DNA of 64,000 nt from Octopus vulgaris (Eukaryota). Shown here piece by piece: positions 54,076-64,000 of this stretch (positions are counted from its first letter, which is position 1; every line of letters begins with the position of its first letter). A program made the translations under genes and the position numbers. The notes beneath the pieces were generated by a model. That model saw only the letters and a list, made by a program, of their open reading frames with translations. It ran no database searches and had not been told where the DNA came from. The stretch spans positions 27,652,001 through 27,716,000 of the forward strand of contig OX597828.1 in NCBI GenBank assembly GCA_951406725.2. Direction: 5' to 3'.

Positions 54076-56023
54076 ACTGAAACACACTTTGAAATGCACT
54101 TCATTTTGAAGTAAATGAAGAAATAGCAAATTTTCTGTCATTTAGCTGTTTGGAGCATAAATTAACATGAAATGTTGATAGAAGGTTTTAAATTAGATCA
54201 CTTTCTAGCAGGATGCCTATTTCCTTGAAGCAAAAGCCTTACAAGTGGGTTTAGATGTTACAGTTTTCTACAATTATTAATTCTTTCACACCTCAGATTT
54301 TTATAAAATATTTATATACTCGAAGCCTTACAAGTGGGTTTAGTTGACAGAAATTGAAAGAAACTTGTGTGTGTGTGTGTTCTACTTTTTTGACATCACA
54401 TACTAATTATAATCAAATGTCACCATCATGCAATCAGTGTTGCTCATCTGCAGTCTGTCAAGCAACATGTCTGACTGTTGTGGTCTTCTTCTTCCAATCA
54501 GGACTCACACCATTAGCCACAAAGAATAATCACTAATTCGAGCCTACTCTAAGCTACTAAGAATGCATGCGGCAACTTGAAGATCCACCCACCACACGCG
54601 ATAGACTGGCAGTCATAAGCCGGTTAGTATCAAGTGGATTTGGTAGACGGAAACTGAAAGAAGCCCGTCATAGATATATATATATGTTTGTGTGTCTGTG
54701 TTTGTCATTCCAACATTGCCTGACAACCGGTGCTGGTGTGTTGACATCCTTGTAACTTAGCAGTTTGGCAAAAGAGACTGATAGAATAAGTCCTGGGGTT
54801 GATTTGCTTGACTAAAGGTGGTGCTCCAGCATGACTGCAGTCAAATGACTGAAACAAATAAAAGAATATGTACACGTGTGTGTGTTTGTTCCCTGCTACT
54901 GTTTGACAACAGATGCTGGTTTCTCTATGTCCCCATAACTTAGTGGAGCAGCAAAAGAGACTGATGTAATAAATACCAGAGATAAAAGAAGTATTGGCAT
55001 TGAGTTGTTTTATCTAAAGTCTTCAAAGCAGCGCCGTAGCATGGCTGCAGTCCAGTGACTGAAAGAAGTAAAAAAAAAAAAGATTTGAAAAAAAAAAAGA
55101 AAAAAATATTTAATAGTGGTTAGGGCAGCGGACTTGCGGTCGGAGGATCGCGGTTTCGATTCCCAGACTGGGCGTTGTGTGTGTTTATTGAACGAAAACA
55201 CCTAAAAGCTCCACGAGGCTTCGGCAGGAGGTGGTGATCCCTGCTGTACTCTAAAAGGCGGTGCTCCAGCATGGCCGCAGTCAAATGACTGAAACAAGTA
55301 CAAAAAAAAAAAAAAATATGATCTAAATTAAGATCTTTCATAAAAAATTGATGATTTCTGTTTGAAATACCAGCTTACCATATTCTCCAGCTTACAGATC
55401 AATGTAATTATGTAATGTAAACATTCAATCATCACCATTATCTTTTCAAATCTTGCTGCATTTGATATAGAATCTTTGGTCCTCCAAAGTCATTTTGATG
55501 GATAAGTCAACCCACCTCTTCTTTTGTCTGTAGGTTTTGGTCTGTAAAATTCAATTTGTACGTAGTAAAATACACTCATAATAACAAAGGGATTTTTGCT
55601 AATTTCCTTATTATTTTCAAAATTGAACAAAAGAAAGACAGTGAATTTCTTCAGAAAACAAATAAATGAATGACTAAGGTAGAGAAAGCGTTAAGTAAAT
55701 CTCTTAAAATTTTAGTTGACTTGGTGATAAGTAACATTGATATTTCAATAAATATAAGCACATCTATTTTCGGTGTTGTAATTTTTATATTGTAACTTCT
55801 TAAGTGATCACGGAGGGAAGAACTCTATAAGATGTATATCTTTAGTCTTAAACACTTATTGTAAGCTGCATTAAAATATGCACAATTGCTTAATCATACA
55901 TGTGTACAATTATTGCAAACATTGTATTTAACATGATTCCTTCTTGGAATGAATAATTGTATACATCACTATTAACTCTACTGTGAGCTGCAATGCCTCA
56001 TACATAATCATATCTGCTATACA

Positions 56024-56064
<41 letters not shown>

Positions 56065-56503
56065 CATACATGAACACACACATGCAGTCATTCACACACA
56101 CACACACACACGCACACACACACATAAATGTAAACTTGTTACATAATCACACACACATAGACTTCTGTTCTGTCCTGACAGAAATATATTCATGCCATCA
56201 TTTGTAGCATACTTAATTTTATCAACAGTCACATTTATCTATATATATGTGTGTGTTTGTGTGTGTGCACGTGTGTGTGTGTGTAGATGTGCGTGTACAC
56301 TAATACACACACAGACACATGCACTCTATCTTTCTCTCTCTCTCTCACTCACACACACATACATCTATAATGTATAATATCCATAGACATGTTCGCTCAA
56401 CCGTCTGCATTCTGAAACATTATAGTCAAGATGTACAAGATATATGTATATATATATATACACACACATGCACACATACATGCAAAATATGTCAGTTATG
56501 GAC

Positions 56504-56537
<34 letters not shown>

Positions 56538-56887
56538 ACCCAGATAAGTCAAGATACCACTTACACATGTACCCATATATACAAATTTATACTCAAGCAC
56601 AATCATTGCATACACAGTATGTAATTTTCTGTGTAGAATTTGTAATTATAGCCACATACAATATCTATAACCATAACCAAACAAACACATGCATGCACAT
56701 GCACGCACACACACACACACACACACACTGTTCTCTCTTTACTTTCTGTGTGTATATGTATATATATATATATATTCATAACTAAACTCATACATATACA
56801 CACACACTCTCTTCTCTCTCTCACTTTCTGTCCTTCTCTTTCTTTCTCTCTCTATAACTATACATGTTTATACATACACACAGGCTA

Positions 56888-56927
<40 letters not shown>

Positions 56928-57361
56928 CATAATCATAACTAGTCACACTTATTTAATTACTTCCAATATACATACACATCCATATCTATAATCACCTAAG
57001 TCCCACAGAAACATAATCGATGCCACACACACACACACATACACACAAGTGTGTACACATAGACATATACACACTCACATCAATTTTAATATTCTCAAAT
57101 CATGATATTCTTGCCAGATTCTTCCCAAACTCTTCCCCAAACCCTTCCCTTCACATTTATTTCTTCCTGTTTTCACAAGAATTGTCCATTGACAGATTGG
57201 CCATTTTATTTTCAATAAGAATCAAATTGCATTTCTTGATCTTTTAGTCAACTTTGTTATGATTTCTCTTTTGGTTATTGGTCCGCCTGTTGTTTTTATG
57301 TCTAATACCGTTCGAGGAATTTCAAAGAAACATACCAAAGCAAAACGGTATGTATGTATTT

Positions 57362-57392
57362 GTGATGGTGATGATGATGGTGATGATGGTGG

Positions 57393-57423
<31 letters not shown>

Positions 57424-57770
57424 GTTATTGTTAGGTGTGTTGCTGTTTTTGTTGTTGTCTTGTTATCAATGGCAGTTGTAGTAATAGTAGTAGTGGTGGT
57501 AGTAATGGTGGTTGAAATGGCTGTAGTGGTGGTGTCGATGCTGGTGGTTGAAGTAGTGACAATGGCGGTGGTGGTGGTAATGATGGTAGTGAAAGTAGTG
57601 ATGGTGGTGGTGGTGGTGGTGGAGGTGGTAGTGGTTGTAATGGTAGTAGTGGTGTGCTGGTGGCTATGGTGGTAGCAATGGTGGTGGTGGTATTACTAGT
57701 AGTAGTGGCAGTGGTGGCGGTAGCAATGGTGATGGTGTGACTAGTGGTGGTCATGGTGGTGGTGCTGCTG
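57362..57770. repeat. Degenerate (GAT)/(GGT)/(GTA) trinucleotide tract
   Basis: Directly visible. Confidence 0.9.
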
Positions 57771-58067
57771 GGAATAGGCTGGTCAAAGGCAGATTTTGAG
57801 GTTAATGATTTCTGGTTTTCACTCTTCTTGTTGCAGCACAATTGGCATAAATGAGTTTTGTTTCGGAAAAGCATTTACATGAAGTTGAATTATTGAAGAT
57901 CTAAAGTGGTGGTGGTGGGGGGAGAGATGATGTTGGACGTGGTGGCCATATTGAGAGCAGCAGCAGCAGTGGTGGTGGTGGTGGTGGTGGTGGTGGTGAC
58001 AGTAGTTGTGATGGTTCGCATGGTTGGTAATCCAGAGGAACGCTGCTGTTGCTATGTTACAGTTACC

Positions 58068-58301
58068 TATTTCTTTTACTACCCACAAGGGGCTAAACAC
58101 AGAGGGGACAAACACGGACAGTCAAAAGGATTAAGTCGATTACATCAATACCAGTGCGTAACTGGTACTTAATTTATCAACCTCGAAAGGATGAACGGCA
58201 AAGTCGACCTCGGCGGAATTTGAACTCAGAACGTAACGGCAGACGAAATACCGCTGAGCATTTCGTCTGGTGTACTAACGTTTCTGCCAGCTCACCACCT
58301 T
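58068..58301 (-). mobile_element. SINE family B, full length
   Basis: Matches 22177-22413; TSD acagttacc. Confidence 0.9.
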
Positions 58302-58679
58302 TGTAACAGTTACCATCAACATCATCATCATTCTGATGTCCACTTTTCCGTGTTTGCACTGGTCAGATGGACATTGTTGGGGCATGTTTTTCTATGGCCA
58401 GATGGTGGCCAGTTGATGCCCTTCTTATCATTGGACCTCATGTGTTTCTCGGTGAGGTTATGGGGCCCTGTAGACAGACATGTTTCCACGAAGAACTGAA
58501 AGGAACAACAATGCTTTTATTATAGGAGACATTGGTTCACAAGGATCACATAAAATCAAGACAAGGAAACACTCATACATACATGCATACATATATACAT
58601 ACATACAGATACATACGTACATACATACATACATACATATAGACAGATACATACATATGTACATACACAGATACATACA

Positions 58680-58711
<32 letters not shown>

Positions 58712-58831
58712 GACAGATACATACATGCATACATATATACATACATACATACATACATATAGACAGATTTCTCTATCTATCTATCCATCCATCCATCCAT
58801 CCATCCATCTATCTATCTATATGTATACATG

Positions 58832-58867
<36 letters not shown>

Positions 58868-59169
58868 CATTTATTACCAAGTACTGGCTGCAGGTACATT
58901 GGCCATCTTTATTGCATGTATGCAAGTACCCACTAATTTTTGCAATATCTTCTGTTTATTTTTTTAATTTATATGTTTTATATATTTGTTGCGTTTACTT
59001 ACTTTTTTTAATTCCTTTATATTCTTTTACTAATTTCAGTCATTTTGACTGCAGCCATGCTGGATCACTGTCTTATTCATATTTTGAAATTTATTATTAT
59101 TATTATTGATGTTGCTGTTGCTATTGTCTTAGTTGTTGTGATTGTTGCTAACAAGCTGAATACCATACT

Positions 59170-59960
59170 ATCCATCAATCCATCCATTTTTACTTCCCGC
59201 TATTCTCGGGTGGGTCATAGGGGTAGAGTTCTCGGGCATCTCCGTCATAGGGTTCTATTAGAAGCAGCCATCATTATGCTTTCCTGATGGAATCTCGAGT
59301 GTGACCTACTGAGGTGATGCTATTATCCAGCCACATCTCCCTCTTGGTCTTCTCCTAGTTCTCCTGCTGGTTGACTCTTGTTTGAAGAATCTGTCTTGCA
59401 ATCCTTTCTTGTTGGTTAGTGACCAGAAGACTACCATCATGATGTCTTGCAAGCAACTTGCACATGGAAGTGCTACCAGTTGAGAACTCTGCATACAGGA
59501 AGCCAGCAAGTGTATGGGATCATCAGGAGAGAATGCACACCATTTCGGGGCCTACCTCTTGACGACATCAATGCGCACCGGCCCCCCTCACTGGTATGAG
59601 GCTCCGCATGCTAAATCAGCTGGTTATCAAATAAAGCTCAATATCCTTCTAGCCATCGCTCATCGTCTCTTTTTAACCAAATCCAGTGGCTAGCCTTCTC
59701 CACTGTAGTTTGGATATCGGTCATGGTGGTATTGACTTTACGATGAGTTAGGTCTAGCAATAACAATAGTCATCTCTCACTGTGTCCAACGAACCCTCTA
59801 CATCCGACTTTGATTGGAAAATGTTCCACACTTTCCTTTCTCTAATCGGATATTCTCTTTTACTCCAAATAAATCTTTTCCTGTATCGTATATTGAGCTT
59901 GATAATTTACCAAAGGGTTTCTGGAGTAGCATTACTCAACAGGGTGTAACTCAGAGTTGC
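59170..59960 (-). mobile_element. Degraded, probably internally deleted RTE-clade LINE with (ATGG)n tail
   Basis: The minus strand gives QERIARQILQ..RRTRRRPRGR..WLD..SIMMAASNRTL*RRC (an RGRPR-like C-terminal motif), then atggatggattgatgg. The upstream boundary is uncertain. Confidence 0.55.
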
Positions 59961-61557
59961 TCTAAGTTAAGCCACTTCTTCTGTGCAACGAGAGATCATA
60001 GCCCCAGTTCTACAGACATGTGACTAGAATATTGCTTGAAAGAATTGTAAGAAGAATTCTTCAAGTCAAGCCAACCAGTAAGAGACCTCAGAATAGTCCA
60101 AGAATGAGATGTTTGGATAGCAGTCATTGTCTCAGTTGGTTATGTTTGGGAATCTAACCACAAAGTCTAATTGCTTCTGATAGGACTGTGTGGAGGAGGT
60201 TCCTGAGGACTCCCACCCTTCTAGGAATAAAGGGTAGAGGAGATGGATGGATGTGTGATAAGTTATATTGACACATGGCTAAAGCCAGTCATATGCGAGT
60301 ATTTTAGTGGTAGCTTTTAAAGTGATGAGTTCAAAAGGTGATACACACTTAGCACAATTACACTAACCTTTAACAAATCATTTTTGGAAGATTTAAGGAT
60401 ATATATAACTTTTGACTTATTTATATTTCAAGTAATTAATTTGATTGAAACTGCTAAAATTATGCAAACAGCCAGACAGACTTCAATCTAATTTAATTAA
60501 CAATAAGTAGCATTTGGCTTTCATATTTGTGAATCATCATAAATATTATTACAGTCATGACTCATACCCTCGTCATAAGTATTAATATCATTAAAACAAT
60601 TACCAATATCATAACAATACCACCATCGTAAATGCTACCTTCATCATAAAAACTACCTTTGTCATAACCACTATCGCTATAACACCGTCTATCATCATAA
60701 CCGCTCCCATCAGCTAACTCCCTACCATTGACAGGGGCACAAATATTATCATAAACACTATCATCATCATCATCATCACCATCATCATAATTATTATACA
60801 TTAATCACTTATTGTTGTTTTTATGATTATCAGTTATTGTTGTGTTATCATTGTCATTCATCATTATCAATGTTATCATTTTTATTTAAGATACTTAAAA
60901 AATCAAGTTATATCTCTACCCCTACTCTCTCTCTTTCTATGAGTGTGTGTATGTATATATATATATATATATATAATTGTATGTATTTATGTATTTATGT
61001 ATGTGTGTATATGATCCTCTTCCTATATATTTGTGCGTGTGATAATTCTTTTTTCTTGTCATCATCAACAGAAACATTACAACATTATATTAACCTGGCC
61101 TTTTCAACATTACAATTGATTTGAAAGATTTGAAAAGACATAACTGCCCTAATCTTTCAATAAAAGATTAATAATTAATATTTTATTGTTTCTTTTTACT
61201 TCTTCTTTTCATTACAAACAACAAAAACAAAAAAAAAAATGATGCAACAGAAAAAAGTTCAAAAACTGCACAAACTACCTCAGACTGAGCTCTCTTCTCA
61301 TTCCCCAAACCATGATAGAAAGACTAACAATAGACTTGCACTATTATTTTATCCATTTGCAGTCTTCATATTGACCAAGTTATGAGGATGGTTATTCTTT
61401 TATTTCAGTAGTTAATGGAAAATTCTATAAGAAGAAAGAGAAACAAAAATATTCAACATTTTTCAGGCTTTTGTGAATAGAAAATATAAGTTGAGAAGCT
61501 CAAAATGAAATAATATTTGAATTTATTTGGAGATAGAGTAAATTTTCAAATTTAATT

Positions 61558-61600
<43 letters not shown>

Positions 61601-61634
61601 TATATACATTCACCCACATATAAGTATAAATGTG

Positions 61635-61686
<52 letters not shown>

Positions 61687-61687
61687 G

Positions 61688-61872
61688 TTAATCCAAACAT
61701 GGAAACATAAAAGAGAAAACACAACAATGCGAGGACGTGGAACAAATATAGTATTATTGGACGCTCAGGAAAGAAGGGAAGAAGGAGGATTTTATGTTCC
61801 GAGTGGAGCTCTTCGTCAGAAACACAGGAAAAAGAAAGATCCAGCGAAGGGAAGACGGAGAAAAAAAAAAAT
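61688..61872 (-). mobile_element. Penelope-like fragment with a degenerate hammerhead core, truncated by the LINE
   Basis: The minus strand reads CTGACGA-agag ctcca ctc-GGAACATA (about 61793-61829), adjoining (TA)n. Confidence 0.5.
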
Positions 61873-61876
61873 ATAT

Positions 61877-64000
61877 CAACACTAACTTCAGGAAACCGAC
61901 AAGCCACCTGGTCACCTACCGATCGGGCCGGCATACTAGCCAAATCGACTACATCCTTGCCAGAAAAAGGGAAAGATGGCTGCTTATAAATGCCAAAACC
62001 TTCCCAGGTGAAGAATGCACCCCACAACATAGACTGGTAGTTAGTGACTTTAGGATCAGGACTAAGAGGGCGACTAGAAGACGACCAACATGGAGAAGAA
62101 GGGTCTGGAAGCTTAAAGACCCTGCGAATGGACAGAGATTTAGAGATATGTTATTTGAAGCCTTAGACGAAATGGAAGGGAGTATAGCTACGCATGGGGT
62201 AGAAGACAACTGGACGCTTCTGAGGGACAACCTGCTGAAAGCCGCTGACCAGATCTGTGGCTGGTGCAAAGTCCCCTTAAGACCCAAAATAACGTGGTGG
62301 TGGAACAATATTGTTGACAGGGCTATTAGACAAAAGAAACAGGCTTGGAAGGCCTGGAAGAACGGTGGTAGCAGGGAAGTGTATCAGTCTGCCAGAAGGG
62401 AAGCCAGGAGACAGGTCTATCTAGCCAGAGGGGAGGCAGATAAGGAAAAATTTGCCAATGTCCTGCGTCGTGAGGATGAAAGACTTGAGGTATTTCGTGT
62501 TGCAAGACAGTGTGTGGGAGAGAATCGTGACGTGGTAGGAGAGAAATGTGTTCGCAAGGATGACGGTTCACTTGCGCTTAATGAGGATGCAAAGAGAGAG
62601 GCTTCGAGACGCCACTATGATAGGTTGCTGAATGAAGAAAATGAATGGGATAAAGAGAGTCTGCCGAATGTCGACCCAACAGAGGGACCAGCAATCCGAG
62701 TTAACAGTTCCTTAGTAGATAAGGCAATTAGAAGCATGAAAACAGGGAAAGCCCCAGGCCCATCAGGAATTACTGCAGAGATGCTCAAAATATCTGGTGG
62801 TGTCGGCTATAGCTTAGTCACCCGTATAGTTAACCAGGTGATACACGAGGGGGTCATACCCAATGACTGGTGTAGCAGCATAATAGTCAACTGCTACAAA
62901 GGTAAAGGCGACGCCCTAGAGACAAATAACTACAGGGGCATCAAGCTGCTGGATCAGGTAATGAAGGTTACGGAGAGGGTTATAGCCCAACTAATTAGAG
63001 AGAGAGTTAGCTTAGATGATATGCAGTTTGGGTTCGTGCCAGGGAAAAGTACTACTGATGCTATATTCCTGGTAAGACAGCTGCAGGAGAAATACCTAGC
63101 CAAAGATAAGCCCTTGTACCTGGCTTTTGTTGACTTGGAGAAAGCCTTTGACAGGGTCCCCCGATCCCTTATCTGGTGGTCAATGAGGAAACTAGGGATA
63201 GAAGAATGGTTGGTGAGAGCTGTGCAAGCTATGTACAGAGACGCTGCTAGTAAGGTGAGGGTTGGCAACGAGTACAGTGAAGAATTCCGGGTAGAGGTTG
63301 GGGTCCACCAAGGTTCAGTCCTCAGTCCCCTCCTATTTATCATAGTCCTCCAGGCAATAACGGAGGAATTCAAGACAGGTTGCCCCTGGGAGCTCCTCTA
63401 TGCTGACGACCTTGCTCTAATTGCTGAGTCACTATCAGAACTGGAGGAGAAGTTTCAGGTGTGGAAACAAGGATTAGAATCGAAGGGCCTTAGAATCAAC
63501 CTAGCCAAAACCAAAGTCCTAATAAGTAGGAAGGTAGATCAATCACAAACGCCTTCAGGTAGATGGCCCTGCTCGATCTGTAAAAAGGTGTAGGTAGAAA
63601 CTCTATAAGATGCACCAAGTGTAAGCTATGGACACATAAGAGGTGCAGCAATGTCAAAGGAAGGCTAACTAGGAAAATAGTTTTTCTCTGTGGCAAATGC
63701 TCAGGAGCAATAAACACTGGAAATGTGCAGAGACCAACTTCTGCCACGTTCCAGGGAGACAAACTAGAAGTAGTTGATAGCTTCCGCTACCTAGGAGACC
63801 AAGTCAGTAGCGGGGGTGGGTGTGCTGAAAGTGTAACTGCTAGAGTAAGAATAGCCTGGGCAAAGTTTAGAGAGCTCTTACCCCTGCTGGTGACAAAAGG
63901 CCTCTCGCTCAGAGTAAAAGGCAGACTGTATGATGCATGTGTACGTACAGCCATGCTACATGGTAGTGAAACATGGGCCGTGACTGCTGAGGATATGCGT
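61877..64000 (+). mobile_element. Young 5'-truncated RTE-clade LINE: end of AP endonuclease, reverse transcriptase, PHD-type finger and thumb; runs off the window
   Basis: APE motifs SQIDYIL and QHRLV; RT motifs KAPGPSGI, NYRGIKLL, QFGFVPGKSTTDAIF, FVDLEKAFDRV, GVHQGSVLSPLLF and LYADDLAL. After a -1 frameshift at about 63582-63586 the frame stays open through FRYLG, ARVRIAWAKF and MLHGSETW. Confidence 0.97.

Noticed and set aside
54234-54343. 21-bp direct repeat aagccttacaagtgggtttag
   Set aside because: Probably a local duplication within a degraded SINE A. The enclosed 68 bp has no element features.
61794-61876. N-terminal 27 aa of the 599-aa ORF
   Set aside because: Read-through from the adjacent Penelope-like fragment. 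LINE homology starts at about NTNFRK.

Overview
AT-rich animal genomic DNA made almost entirely of microsatellites and interspersed repeats, typical of an intron or intergenic region. The repeat repertoire suggests a coleoid cephalopod, probably Octopus; this is an inference, not a database match. Most long ORFs in the track are microsatellite artefacts. The only long real coding sequence is a young, 5'-truncated RTE-clade LINE ORF (about 61877 to the window end). It has one -1 frameshift and a complete C4HC3 PHD-type zinc finger between the RT core and the thumb. Other relics include Tc1 and mariner transposases, R4/Dong and older RTE/CR1-like LINE ends, Helitron-type elements, TTAA MITEs, a candidate solo LTR, three abundant tRNA-type SINE families (my labels A, B and C, with C carrying four alternative 3' tails), Penelope-type fragments with minimal hammerhead-ribozyme cores (twice as inverted pairs), a 39-bp 28S rRNA fragment and a 2.5-kb composite insertion. 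A few short candidate host exons exist, including an AG|GTAAGT recursive-splice-like site, but no host gene could be identified. Coordinates of decayed repeats are approximate.
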